From Reclinomonas americana ATCC 50394 (taxonomy: Eukaryota): a stretch of 64,000 nt of DNA. Within the stretch, counting starts at the first letter, position 1, and each line of letters opens with the position of its first letter. The notes under the pieces were generated by a model. That model was not told where the DNA came from, searched no databases, and saw only the letters and a program-made list of their open reading frames with translations. This document shows positions 42,081 through 52,425 of this stretch, piece by piece. The DNA lies in contig PS015009.1 in the NCBI GenBank assembly GCA_048213135.1, forward strand, positions 1,550,001-1,614,000, written 5' to 3'. The position numbers and the translations under genes were made by a program.

Positions 42081-44136
42081 TATCATTGCTGACCACAACT
42101 ATTTTTTATCGCTGCTGAAAAAAATCATCATACCGTGTTTGATGACATTGCTTATCCTGCCTGCCCGTGCGCAGCAGGATGATAAGGTGGCATGGAAAGA
42201 AAAGATACGCACAGCCACCAGCGATACCGCACGCATGCGGCTGATCAGCGAATTGTCTGAAATGGGCATCGGCCCGGAACTGGAATCCTATACGCAGCAA
42301 TTGGTGTCACTTTCGCAAAAAGGCATCAATGCAAAAGATGCTGCCGCGAAAAACTACCACCTGAAATACTATGCCATAGCGCTTAACAACCTTGCCTTTG
42401 TAAAAGAAGGAAAGGGCCTTACCGATACAGCGATGTCGCTTTACCAGCAGAGTTATGCCATCAGTGAAGGTTTGAATGAAAGGAACGATATGGCCAATGC
42501 GCTCAACAACATTGGTTATATCTATAAAAAGAAGGGAAACTTCTCCGCCGCGATTGATTATTATGAAAAAGCGCTGACCATATACCGGGAAGTGGGCAAC
42601 AGGAAAAGTGAAGGGCAGATACTCGGCAATATCGCCATCATCTTTCAAACACAGGGCAGCGTGGTAAAGGCGCTCGATTACCACAGGCGCAGCCTCAGGA
42701 TCAAGGAAGAGATTGGAGACAAAAAAGGACAGGCCTCTTCGTTCAATAGTTTAGGCGGTATATATACCCAGCAAAAGGAAACTGCCCTGGCGCTGGAGTA
42801 TTACCAGAAAGCGTACAACCTGGCCATGGAAACAAAAAGCCCGGCGGTGATTAATATCCTGGGCAATATCGCCAGCGTGTACCAGCAGTTGAATGAAGAT
42901 AAAAAAGCGTACGGGTATTATAAACAGGCATTGACCATAGCGCAGGAAAAACAAATAAAGGATGCGGTTTCACTGAGCCTGCACAACATGGGTTCCATCT
43001 GTAATAAAATGGGATTGACAGATTCGGCATTGCACTACTTCAACCAGAGCCTGGATATACGTAAGGCGAGCAAGGACAGTATGGGTATCGCCAATACCAT
43101 GGCTGCCATCGGGCTTATTTACAGCGGCAAAAAGGAAACCGGCAAAGCGATCAGTGCCTACCGCGAAAGCCTGCAGATATCGCAAAGCCAGGGTTATGCG
43201 GATATTACACTGAAAACATCCAAAGCCCTGTACAACCTGTATAAGGAAAAGGGAGATATACCCGGCGCATTGAAGATGCACGAACTGTATGCCGTTATGC
43301 TCGACAGCGTGAACAACAGCAATACCAGCAAAGAAGTATTGAAGAGCCAATTCAAATATGAGTATGAAACAAAGGCCATTGCTGACAGCGTGAAAGCGGC
43401 GGAAAGTATTAAGCTGGCAGGGGCCAAACTCCGGCAGGAAAAAACGCAGCGCATAGCGCTCATCGCTATTGTTGGACTGGTACTGCTGATCGCGTTCTTT
43501 GTTTTCAGGCAAATGAAACTGCAGCAAAAACTGAAGGAGGCCAGCCTGCGGAATAAAATTGCAAGTGATTTGCACGATGATGTGGGCAGCACCATGTCTA
43601 CCATATCCATACTCAGCGAAGTAGCGCAGGCAGACCTGGCAAAAGAAAAAGTACAACCTCTGCTCAGCGAGATTGGCGGCCACTCCCGCCAGTTGCTCGA
43701 CCGGCTCGACGATATCGTGTGGAGTGTAAATCCGAAGAACGATTCGCTGGCGCAACTTATACCACGTATGAAATTGTTCGCGAATGAATTGCTCGGTATG
43801 AAGAACATCAGCATTGTATTCGACACGCCGGATGATATTCCGCCTTTGTCCATGTCAATGGAATCACGCAGAAATTTTTACCTCATTTATAAGGAAGCAC
43901 TGCATAATATTTTTAAATATGCCGAAGCCTCGCGGGTCAATATCCGTATTCACCCGGCCGATAAAGAATTGCAGCTGGGAATCAGTGATAATGGCAAAGG
44001 CTTCGATATGTACACACAGGCCAAAGGAAACGGGCTGGGCAATATGCAGGCACGGGCAGAAGAGTTGAAAGGCAAACTCAGCATCAGCAGTACGCCGGGG
44101 CAGGGAACTACCGTTAACCTGTCTATACCGGTTTAA
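42064..44136 (+). CDS. TPR-sensor HisKA_3-type histidine kinase (start uncertain, possibly 42142)
   Basis: Periplasmic TPRs, TM helix, IASDLHDDVG, KEALHNIFKY, GNGLGNM. Confidence 0.93.
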   Translation: MYTISDIIADHNYFLSLLKKIIIPCLMTLLILPARAQQDDKVAWKEKIRTATSDTARMRLISELSEMGIGPELESYTQQLVSLSQKGINAKDAAAKNYHLKYYAIALNNLAFVKEGKGLTDTAMSLYQQSYAISEGLNERNDMANALNNIGYIYKKKGNFSAAIDYYEKALTIYREVGNRKSEGQILGNIAIIFQTQGSVVKALDYHRRSLRIKEEIGDKKGQASSFNSLGGIYTQQKETALALEYYQKAYNLAMETKSPAVINILGNIASVYQQLNEDKKAYGYYKQALTIAQEKQIKDAVSLSLHNMGSICNKMGLTDSALHYFNQSLDIRKASKDSMGIANTMAAIGLIYSGKKETGKAISAYRESLQISQSQGYADITLKTSKALYNLYKEKGDIPGALKMHELYAVMLDSVNNSNTSKEVLKSQFKYEYETKAIADSVKAAESIKLAGAKLRQEKTQRIALIAIVGLVLLIAFFVFRQMKLQQKLKEASLRNKIASDLHDDVGSTMSTISILSEVAQADLAKEKVQPLLSEIGGHSRQLLDRLDDIVWSVNPKNDSLAQLIPRMKLFANELLGMKNISIVFDTPDDIPPLSMSMESRRNFYLIYKEALHNIFKYAEASRVNIRIHPADKELQLGISDNGKGFDMYTQAKGNGLGNMQARAEELKGKLSISSTPGQGTTVNLSIPV

Positions 44137-44154
44137 CAGATCAAATTAAGTAAC

Positions 44155-44787
44155 ATGTCAGCACTGGGCATCATCGACGATAATGAATCGCTTCGCAGGA
44201 GTATTGAACTGCTTTTGTCTGTCAACAAACAATTCCAGGTAGTACTCAGTGAAGGTTCCTGCGAAAGGATCATTCAAAAACTGGAAGATACTTTACCGCT
44301 AATCCTGCTCATGGACATCGACATGCCCGGTATGAATGGCATTGAAGGGGTGAAACTGGTGAAGCGGCATTTCCCTTCCATCAACATCATCATGTTCACC
44401 GTATTTGAAGATGATGATAAGATATTTAACTCGCTGATGGCCGGGGCTAATGGATACATCCTTAAAAAAAGCAGCCCGCAGCGTATTATTGAAGCCTTGC
44501 AGGAGTTGCAGGATGGCGGAGCGCCCATGAGCCCGGGAATTGCGCAACGTGTGGTGCAAATGTTCCGCAACTCACAGGAAAAGCCTGCCGATGATTTCCA
44601 GCTCAGCAAAAGGGAAATGGACATCCTCAACAACCTGGTAAAAGGGCGGACCTACAAAGAGATCGCCAAAGAACTGTTTGTATCGGTAGAAACGGTACGT
44701 TCCCATCTCAAGAATATCTACGCCAAAATGCATGTGCATAGTAAAACGGAAGCAGTAGCGAAAGTTCTCAAACACCGAATCATTTAA
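44155..44787 (+). CDS. NarL/LuxR family response regulator
   Basis: Receiver (IIDD, LMDIDMP) plus LSKRE...TVRSHLKNIY HTH. Confidence 0.95.
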   Translation: MSALGIIDDNESLRRSIELLLSVNKQFQVVLSEGSCERIIQKLEDTLPLILLMDIDMPGMNGIEGVKLVKRHFPSINIIMFTVFEDDDKIFNSLMAGANGYILKKSSPQRIIEALQELQDGGAPMSPGIAQRVVQMFRNSQEKPADDFQLSKREMDILNNLVKGRTYKEIAKELFVSVETVRSHLKNIYAKMHVHSKTEAVAKVLKHRII

Positions 44788-44908
44788 AAATTAGTCATTT
44801 TCTATTTACTATTAGACCATGCAATGACCAATGGTAAATAGTAAACAATCGGGTCTCACGCAATAAAGCGCTTCACGGATTCTTGGAAAATTTTTCTACT
44901 TTCGGTAC

Positions 44909-46498
44909 ATGTTACATGAAAGTTTACTGTTAGTGCTTTCGCTCCTGTTCGTGGTGTCCATGCTGTCGATACTGAGCGAAAAGCTGAAGATATCTTACCC
45001 CATCTTCCTGGTCATTGCCGGGTTGCTCATCGGTTTTATCCCGGGCATACCACCGGTATCACTTAGTCCCGATATCGTTTTCCTCATCTTTCTGCCACCG
45101 TTGCTGTATTCAGCTGCCTGGAATACATCGTGGAAAGACTTCTGGGAATACCGCAGGGCCATCTTTTTCCTTTCGGTCGGACTGGTGATCTTCACTTCTG
45201 CCATCGTGGCTTTTGTCTCCAATGCTATTATACCCGGGTTCACATTGGCCATGGGTTTCCTGCTCGGCGGTATCATTTCTCCACCTGATGCGGTAGCCGC
45301 CACATCTGTATTACAGGGACTTAAAGTGCCCAAACGTGTAGTGACTATACTCGAAGGTGAAAGCCTGATCAATGACGCATCTTCACTTATCGTATTCCGC
45401 TTTGCGCTTGCCGCCATTATGACGGGGCAGTTCACCATGTGGAGCGCCACCACGCAATTCTTTATGGTGGCCAGTATGGGAATAGTAGTCGGAATTGCCA
45501 TTGCCGCGTTAATCTATCTTATCCATCGTTTTTTTCCTACTTCTCCCAGCGTGGATACAGGGCTTACGCTTATATCGCCGTACATCATGTACATCCTGGC
45601 GGAACAGTTCCACTATTCCGGTGTAATGGCTGTTGTAAGCGGAGGCTTATTCCTTAGTTACCGTTCCAACGAGATATTTTCACACAACACACGCATACAG
45701 GCCTACTCATTCTGGGAAACGCTCATTTTCATGCTCAACGGTTTGGTGTTCATCCTAATCGGTCTGCAACTGCCGCAGATCATCAACGGGCTCGATGGAT
45801 ATTCTATTGGCATGACGGTGTTGTACGGCATCATCATCAGCATCATTACCGTGGCTATCCGCATTATATGGGTATTCCCCGCAGCGTACCTGCCCAGGCT
45901 GATGAGAAAAAACTATCACCCGTATGAAGCCCCGCCTACCTGGAAAGCTGTATTCCTTGTGGCCTGGAGTGGTATGCGGGGTGTGGTATCACTCGCCTCT
46001 GCATTGTCGATACCGCTGACGATCTCGGGTAATGAAGCCTTTCCGCACAGGAATGTATTACTCTTCATTACGTTTATTGTTATACTCTTTACACTTGTGC
46101 TGCAGGGGTTAAGTCTGCCCTGGCTCATCAAAAAATTAGATATAGAAAGTGAACAGGAAAATGATGAAGAGATCGACCTGGCCATCAGGCTCCGCATGGC
46201 CGAAGCAGCGCTGGCGCACCTGCGGGAAAAGTATACGGATGATATTGAGCACAACGAAGCGTATAAACGTGTATACGACCGGTATGAGCGGATGGCCGAG
46301 AACTCTTACAAAAAATTATTGTACGGCGAATCCGAAGCTGATTCTTTCCGGCCAAAGTACAGGACCATGCTCAAAGAAATGGTATCGGTAAAACGAATGG
46401 CCTTGCAAGACCTTAGGAAGGAAAAATTATATCCCGATGAACTGCTGCGGGAAAAAGAGTGGGAACTCGACCTGGAAGACGCAAGGCTCGATGAATAA
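44909..46498 (+). CDS. CPA1 family Na+/H+ antiporter
   Basis: FLPPLL, SPPDAVA, EGESLINDA, GMRGVVSLA. Confidence 0.95.
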   Translation: MLHESLLLVLSLLFVVSMLSILSEKLKISYPIFLVIAGLLIGFIPGIPPVSLSPDIVFLIFLPPLLYSAAWNTSWKDFWEYRRAIFFLSVGLVIFTSAIVAFVSNAIIPGFTLAMGFLLGGIISPPDAVAATSVLQGLKVPKRVVTILEGESLINDASSLIVFRFALAAIMTGQFTMWSATTQFFMVASMGIVVGIAIAALIYLIHRFFPTSPSVDTGLTLISPYIMYILAEQFHYSGVMAVVSGGLFLSYRSNEIFSHNTRIQAYSFWETLIFMLNGLVFILIGLQLPQIINGLDGYSIGMTVLYGIIISIITVAIRIIWVFPAAYLPRLMRKNYHPYEAPPTWKAVFLVAWSGMRGVVSLASALSIPLTISGNEAFPHRNVLLFITFIVILFTLVLQGLSLPWLIKKLDIESEQENDEEIDLAIRLRMAEAALAHLREKYTDDIEHNEAYKRVYDRYERMAENSYKKLLYGESEADSFRPKYRTMLKEMVSVKRMALQDLRKEKLYPDELLREKEWELDLEDARLDE

Positions 46499-46509
46499 CT
46501 TTTCACCTT

Positions 46510-46770
46510 TTTTACCGCAAAGAAATAAGAACCGCTAAGGTTACGCAAAGGAATTTTCTTAGTGTAATTTCTGCGATCTTCGTTCCTCTGCGGTAAACCA
46601 AGCCGCAGGCTTCCTATCGGTGCCCTCTGTGAAAATACTCCGTGCATCTCTGTGAAATAACCCTTCGCATCCTTTCTAAAGAACTCCATACCGGGGCCTC
46701 GTACCGAAGACCCCGTCGCGGAACATTCTTCGCGTAACCTTCGCGTTCTCCTGTCCTTCGCGGTTTCAAT
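46510..46770. repeat. Intergenic repeat patch (CTCTG(T/C)G-type units and a GGGG...CCCC palindrome)
   Basis: CCGGGGCCTCGTACCGAAGACCCCG at about 46691 matches copies at about 51413, 52679 and 61044. Confidence 0.7.
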
Positions 46771-46773
46771 TAT

Positions 46774-48087
46774 TTACTTACCTAAATCCGTCGCTGTTAC
46801 CGGGTTCTTCAGTATCCACCCAAACAATTCCCACCGTTTCGCCGGGTTAGCAGCCGTTCCGCCACGTGACTCTACATATTGCCGCACCAGGTCCTGCCCG
46901 TAATTGTAGCAGATCACATAACTGCGGTTGTGTTCAATAAAGCGCAGCGATTTCTTTGCCGACTCTTCACTCATCAGCGCATAGTCTGTCAGCCATTTAA
47001 TTTGTTCCGCTTCGCTCATCGTTTTATTCAATACGCCGCGTGCCACTTCGTTGCGGGCATAGTTCAGGGCGTTTTTCAGTTCTATCACTTTAAAGTACAG
47101 GTCTATGCCGGTAGTGTCCAGCCCGGCCAGGGGCAGCAGCACATCTTTGCAATACTTATTCTTTTCCATTCCCGGGAAACTCATCTCAATGCCGTAGTTG
47201 GCGCTGCCTTCAGCGATCAGCGACTGCGGACTGTACAGCGGGTACAGCGATATTTCCACCCAGCCCTTGTCGCGGTACAGGTTTTTTTCCAGCAACATAT
47301 TGTACACATGGTGGCCGGGGTAGCCCTCGTGGCAGCCCAGGTCAATGGCCCGTTCAATTTGTATGGGCAGGTCGGTATTGATCTGTATCACGCTTTTGTA
47401 ATTGCCCTTGTACCAGTTGTAACCACTCCAGGGTTTGTCAGTAACATATTCCAGCGTAAAAGATTCACTGGCAGGAAAACTGAAGTAAGCCATCGTTCTT
47501 TTCCTTGCTTCCGAAATGGCGGTTTTAAATACCGTGTCAATCTTGTCTTTAGGAATAACGAAACGTTTGGCCAGTGCCTGCACCCTTTCCGGTATGCTGC
47601 CATTGCCGGGCAGTATGCTGTTGAGCTGTGCGGTGATGGATTGAAAATGCGACTCGTCGTATACCGGGGCTTTAACGCTAAACAGGTCGGCCGATTCATT
47701 ATCGAAACTGTCGTATTTACCGTTAAAGATATCTATGCGGCGATCAAAGGCTTTCAGTTGCTTGGTTATCCAGTCAATGCGTTTTTTGGTGGTATCATCA
47801 ATGCTTGACTGTTCACCAAAGGTTTTGAACTCCGTCATCAATGCGGCTACAGCCTTCTTAAAACTGTCTGCCGGCATGGTGGCCGCTTTAGGTGTGGTGG
47901 GTTTCAGCGAATCGGGACCGTAATAGGCATCTACAAAATCGGTGTCATACTGACCAATGGCAAGGCCCAGGCGAACGTATTTTTCAGCGAGGGTATTGAG
48001 ATTAGTATTGCGTTGTGCGAATTTATCGCCGCTGTTGCATGATGCAAAAATGATTATTACGGCAAAGCAGTAAAGAAGATATCTCAT
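46774..48087 (-). CDS. Lipoprotein, DUF885-like putative metallopeptidase fold
   Basis: Lipobox FASC; HEGYPGHH and AEGSANY motifs. Confidence 0.8.
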   Translation of the reverse strand: MRYLLYCFAVIIIFASCNSGDKFAQRNTNLNTLAEKYVRLGLAIGQYDTDFVDAYYGPDSLKPTTPKAATMPADSFKKAVAALMTEFKTFGEQSSIDDTTKKRIDWITKQLKAFDRRIDIFNGKYDSFDNESADLFSVKAPVYDESHFQSITAQLNSILPGNGSIPERVQALAKRFVIPKDKIDTVFKTAISEARKRTMAYFSFPASESFTLEYVTDKPWSGYNWYKGNYKSVIQINTDLPIQIERAIDLGCHEGYPGHHVYNMLLEKNLYRDKGWVEISLYPLYSPQSLIAEGSANYGIEMSFPGMEKNKYCKDVLLPLAGLDTTGIDLYFKVIELKNALNYARNEVARGVLNKTMSEAEQIKWLTDYALMSEESAKKSLRFIEHNRSYVICYNYGQDLVRQYVESRGGTAANPAKRWELFGWILKNPVTATDLGK

Positions 48088-48304
48088 AATAGTAATTGAT
48101 TGATGTACAGGCAGAAACTGATATGAAGTTAGGTAAGATTTTTATTCCGGCATAAGGGTTTGTACAAAAGAATCACTGGCAGATTTTGCCATAGCTTTTG
48201 GTTGGGCATTCATACAAAACGGTTAAAACACCCGGTGGAAAAGGTGATTTGGCCTTTTATACAATAAAGAGCCAAACTATTTTAGTATCTTAAAACTTAA
48301 CAAC

Positions 48305-49294
48305 ATGAAAAAAGCACCCTACCTTATTACAGCACTTGTTTATTTTTTATTGCTTTATGGATGTAATAGCGATAATCCTAAACCCACTACCACTGACTCA
48401 ATCCCAGGCAAAAAAATTACTTCTATAAGGAGAGAGGGTAACAAGGATAAACCTGTTGCTTTCGGAGATCGTAAAATGATTAATAAGATAAAGGGAACCC
48501 CAAAATTTTATGATTCTGTTAGCTCAGAACTTGACATTCTCACTTTGGAAGATTTTGATAAATTCCGCGATAGTTTTAGCAGCATGTTAAATCTTGTTAA
48601 TACACGGCAGTCGAAGATACAATTCTTCCCACTTCCACTTTCTATTTACGAGAAATATAATGGGTTTCAAAAGTATCTTAAATTACAATCGTCTGATTTT
48701 CCCGAAGCCGGAAAAATTTTTCAAAATAAGATCAGAGTTTATCCTGCAATTGATGCGAATAATATTTTTTATCTCGTATTTATGCGAGAAACTCATGACA
48801 TAACGGCTGGAACTTCATCATTGCCAATGTCGGATACAAGTCTTTATTATTCACTTCGCTACAACAAGCCTTATGGAGCAACAGATTGTCGTTTTAACCC
48901 TGTAGCCAAAATAGATACAGTACAAATGGCACAAGACATCAAAAAATTTCAATCAATACTCCAGGATATAGCTGCAAATTCGTCAATGACCTTCAGGAAG
49001 GAAAGAAGTTTCTCGTACTCTATTGAACAGTATAACAACCTACTTAATGGGAGATATCCCAATTGGGAAAATATGGGCTCTCAACAAACCAATGAATTAT
49101 CAAACGTAGTTATAAGAATATACCCGGGAATTGATACACGTAATAAGAACGACGTTAGATTTCGCCTAATGCTTCAGTTATGTATGTTCACAACCAACGG
49201 TTATAAGGCAATGACAGATAAGTGGATTTTTGATAATATGGACCCTTGCCCTAATGTTTGTCCTGATCCGATAACAGATATTAAAATACCCTAA
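48305..49294 (+). CDS. Hypothetical lipoprotein with duplicated IR(V/I)YP domain and C-terminal PCPNVCP motif
   Basis: Lipobox LYGC; AT-rich; KIRVYPAID and VIRIYPGID; ends DNMDPCPNVCPDP... Confidence 0.8.
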   Translation: MKKAPYLITALVYFLLLYGCNSDNPKPTTTDSIPGKKITSIRREGNKDKPVAFGDRKMINKIKGTPKFYDSVSSELDILTLEDFDKFRDSFSSMLNLVNTRQSKIQFFPLPLSIYEKYNGFQKYLKLQSSDFPEAGKIFQNKIRVYPAIDANNIFYLVFMRETHDITAGTSSLPMSDTSLYYSLRYNKPYGATDCRFNPVAKIDTVQMAQDIKKFQSILQDIAANSSMTFRKERSFSYSIEQYNNLLNGRYPNWENMGSQQTNELSNVVIRIYPGIDTRNKNDVRFRLMLQLCMFTTNGYKAMTDKWIFDNMDPCPNVCPDPITDIKIP

Positions 49295-49300
49295 TTACCG

Positions 49301-49978
49301 ATGGACCTGCTTCAATTACTGCAAAAATATTATTACGGCAAGGCCTACCACATCATCTACCATGGTATAATGTTAGTGGGCGTAGTAGTAGGTATCATTC
49401 GGTTCCCTAAACTCTCAACAAGCAGCAGGCTGTTCCTCCTGCTGCTTGTGCTTACACCCGTGTTGGAACTTACCGGTTATTATTTCGCCATTAAATACAG
49501 GAATAATAGCCCGGTAAGCAACACTATTATACTTATAGAGTATTTCTTTTTTTGCCTGGCCTTTTATATCGATAGTAAAATGAGAAGCATCATTATTCTT
49601 TTTGCTACCGGTATTGCATTCAGTATTGTCAACCTCCTTTTTCAGAACTATTATACGGAACAGACCAACAACACGACTATGGTGCTGAGTCTTTTCCAGA
49701 TTGTGATTTATTTTCTCTTTCTTATTTTGTATTTTAAAGTAGTCGACACCTTATCATTGCGGCAATTCCCCTTGTTTTGGATTGGCATGGGGGTTATGTT
49801 ATTCTCAATTGTATCCATTGTGTCGTTTGGTTTTACTACGTTAAGTCAGCCAGGGGGAGTATGGTATATAGTAGCCAGGTATGCGAGGAATTACTCTAAT
49901 TATTTACTGTACCTGCTCTTTATCCCCGCATTTTTGTCACCTCAAAATCGTTTGCGTGATTTTACTCGAAATCAATAG
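49301..49978 (+). CDS. Hypothetical polytopic (about 7 TM) membrane protein
   Basis: Hydrophobic helices throughout; N..V.N...LIEY and PLFWI..G motifs. Confidence 0.8.
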   Translation: MDLLQLLQKYYYGKAYHIIYHGIMLVGVVVGIIRFPKLSTSSRLFLLLLVLTPVLELTGYYFAIKYRNNSPVSNTIILIEYFFFCLAFYIDSKMRSIIILFATGIAFSIVNLLFQNYYTEQTNNTTMVLSLFQIVIYFLFLILYFKVVDTLSLRQFPLFWIGMGVMLFSIVSIVSFGFTTLSQPGGVWYIVARYARNYSNYLLYLLFIPAFLSPQNRLRDFTRNQ

Positions 49979-50732
49979 CAAGATACTTTTCATGATCTGT
50001 ATTACTGTGGCCATGCTCCTGGTCATAGCAAGTTTCAGCGTATATCTTTTCTTTGTGTTTCAGAAACGGAAAACGCGATTAAAGGAAAGCTACGAAAAGG
50101 AAATCCTTAAAACACAGATAGAGATACGCGACCAGGCCATGAACGATGTAGGCAGGGAGCTGCACGATCATATTAACCAGGTAATGACCCTCATCAAACT
50201 GAATATGAGCCTTTTGGCTGACAAAGGTTTAGACGCTGCCAACGAAAAACGGCTTTCCGACACCAAGGAACTGGTAAAAGAAGTGATCAGTGATATACGC
50301 ATGATGAGTAAAACGCTGAATGGCGATCTCATCCTCCATATCGGTTTTGTAGAGAGTATTAAACATGAACTTGAACGGATCAGCCGGCTCAATATCTGCG
50401 AGTGTCATTTCCTAATGGAAGGAGAAGAATATCCCATACAGCCCAATGTTGCATTTATTATGTTCCGTATTGTGCAGGAGAACCTGCAAAACATTCTGAA
50501 GCATTCGCATTGTAAAAATGTAACAACCCGCTTGTGCTATACACCCGAAAGTATCGTTTTAACTCAGCAGGACGACGGCATTGGTTTTGACCCTCAAAAG
50601 GCAGACAGCAAGCATGGCAGCGGTCGCATTAATATGCAGCGGCGGGCCGATATGATCAATGCCAGGCTAAGTTTTGAAAGCGAACTCTCCAAAGGAACCC
50701 TGCTTACACTTCATGTAAACAACGGCGGTTAA
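49956..50732 (+). CDS. HisKA_3-type histidine kinase with a single TM helix and no sensor domain
   Basis: VGRELHDHINQ, FRIVQENLQNILKH, DDGIGF; GTG start overlapping the upstream gene (start uncertain). Confidence 0.88.
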   Translation: MILLEINSKILFMICITVAMLLVIASFSVYLFFVFQKRKTRLKESYEKEILKTQIEIRDQAMNDVGRELHDHINQVMTLIKLNMSLLADKGLDAANEKRLSDTKELVKEVISDIRMMSKTLNGDLILHIGFVESIKHELERISRLNICECHFLMEGEEYPIQPNVAFIMFRIVQENLQNILKHSHCKNVTTRLCYTPESIVLTQQDDGIGFDPQKADSKHGSGRINMQRRADMINARLSFESELSKGTLLTLHVNNGG

Positions 50733-50737
50733 CACTA

Positions 50738-51289
50738 CTAATCATTCTTCGATCCCTTTTCTCCCACAAACCAGTGCTCCTTATCGCGGAAGAGTACATT
50801 AAAGGTGGTAAGCGTACCATAGCAGCGGGTAATGTACTGCTGCAGGTTCACTTTGTCTTCGTCGGTAAGGGTTTTGTGGCTGTTGATGTTTTGTTCCAGT
50901 ACCCGCAGGCGGTCACGCAGCATTACTATTTTGTGAAAAAAGTCTTCAATGGGCAGTTCCTTGGGTTTAAGGGATTTGTCGGCCGACTGTAATATCATGG
51001 TGCCGTTCTGCCAGCGGTCGCCCAGTTTAACCACTTCGCTTACCTCGCCCCACTGGCGGAGTATTTTAAGGAGGGAGCGTTCTACTTCTGAAACGGTTTC
51101 CACTTCGGCGGTTATGTTTTCGGGGATGATCTCGTCCAGGTTGCTGTCGGTTTTGTCGATCTCCTTTACGCCATGGTGAATAAAGGAAATGAGGTAGGTG
51201 GCATAGCGAACGGCTACTACCACGCCGGGGCCGTACTGCGTGTGTTGCAGGCGTGTGCCCGGGCCAAGGGTTAATTGATTGTCTTCCAT
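50738..51289 (-). CDS. Conserved hypothetical protein
   Basis: FFHKIVMLRDRLRVLEQ.IN...LQQYITR.YG.LTTFNVLF pattern; start taken at MEDNQL. Confidence 0.8.
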   Translation of the reverse strand: MEDNQLTLGPGTRLQHTQYGPGVVVAVRYATYLISFIHHGVKEIDKTDSNLDEIIPENITAEVETVSEVERSLLKILRQWGEVSEVVKLGDRWQNGTMILQSADKSLKPKELPIEDFFHKIVMLRDRLRVLEQNINSHKTLTDEDKVNLQQYITRCYGTLTTFNVLFRDKEHWFVGEKGSKND

Positions 51290-51350
51290 GGGGTAAAAGT
51301 AAAATAAAATAGAGGAATGAAGGAGAGCCGAATGAAAGAATGCAAGGGGA

Positions 51351-51592
51351 GTCATCTCGAGGTACAGTCTGTGCCGATGAGGAATGATATCGGGAAGAGA
51401 TCCCATGTTCCGCCGGGGTCTTCGGTACGAGACCCCGGCGGTTGTTTTTCACAGAGGACTCAGAGGATGTCATGCTGAGGTACAGCCTGTCCCGATGAGG
51501 AACGATATCGGGAAAGCATCTCATTCAATTGGAAAGAGATTCCTCGTACCTCGTGATGACAATCCCCCTTGAGCACAACACTCCGGGATGAC
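51351..51592. repeat. REP/REPIN-like palindrome cluster
   Basis: GTCAT(C/G)C.GA...GATGAC units shared with 52615, 59666, 60928, 61130, 63627 and 63885. Confidence 0.85.
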
Positions 51593-51676
51593 AGCAACCG
51601 AACACTTTATTATTCCAATCAACAGTAAATCGTTAATCGACCACAACGGAATGAAAAGCATATCATTCAAAAAGAT
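51407..51676 (+). repeat. Inverted copy of 60830-61075, including the leader and first codons of the PepSY gene
   Basis: AACAGTAAATCGTTAATCGACCACAAC(G/A)GAATGAAAAGCATATCATTCAAAAAGAT present in both copies in opposite orientation. Confidence 0.9.
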
Positions 51677-52425
51677 CACCGGCCAATATGGTCTTCGAAA
51701 CGCACGCTGCTGACCTGTTTATAATGCGGGCTTGATGCTCCGAATACGGATTTGATGTACAACTTTATGGCCTGGGCGGTTTGGATGAGGCCCTGCACGG
51801 GACTGTACAACTCCTCATCGCTGCGAATGCAGCTGTTGCTGAACTCGGTATAGGTGTTGATGACATTGTTGTTGGCCGTTTGCAGGGCGATGAGCATTGA
51901 GGTAAGTTCATCTACCTGCAACCCGGCTTCGTTGGGCGCATAAGCGTTTTCGCGGGAAACGAGTTCTACCAGGTCGGTGAAGTGATCGATAAGGCTATCG
52001 TAACTCTCCTGCGAAATGGAGACAGACCTGGGTGTGCACCCCGTGTCGGGAACAGAAGGTTCGGGAGTATCTGCTGTGATGGTACCTGCCCGCTTGCCAT
52101 AAATTTTGCGGAGGATGATGCGTGCATCGCTGGTCACAAGCTTATCGGCACCGGAAGCGGCAAGTGCATTGAACACACGTGCAGACACGGGCCGCAGGTC
52201 TTTAAAAGCAATAACGCGTGCATGGGTGGCAGCATCAAAGGCCGTACGGGCAGCCTTAACATCCCGCAAACTGGCCAGTGCTTTGGAGCGCTGCGCCTGC
52301 AGGGCAACTATCTTTAAACTTTCCCGCGAAGGGTTGTAAAAGGAGCCGTAATATTTGCAAAAGGAAATAAGGTTTTCGAAGTTGGCCACGTTCTTTGCAT
52401 AGCCGCTTTCAGAAACAGGTAACAT
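51676..52425 (-). CDS. Hypothetical helical protein (paralog of 53337-54089)
   Basis: SESGYAKNVANFENLISFC..Y...YNP; SISQESYDSLIDHF. Confidence 0.85.
   Translation of the reverse strand: MLPVSESGYAKNVANFENLISFCKYYGSFYNPSRESLKIVALQAQRSKALASLRDVKAARTAFDAATHARVIAFKDLRPVSARVFNALAASGADKLVTSDARIILRKIYGKRAGTITADTPEPSVPDTGCTPRSVSISQESYDSLIDHFTDLVELVSRENAYAPNEAGLQVDELTSMLIALQTANNNVINTYTEFSNSCIRSDEELYSPVQGLIQTAQAIKLYIKSVFGASSPHYKQVSSVRFEDHIGR

Noticed and set aside
46879-47808. Long antisense ORFs (also 25262-26116, 31324-32115, 42970-43755 and others)
   Set aside because: Shadow frames of well-supported genes on the opposite strand, with no recognisable motifs
51066-51572. Short ORFs across repeat clusters (also 52474-52749, 59450-59773, 60916-61134, 63658-63950)
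   Set aside because: Chance translations of REP-like palindromes
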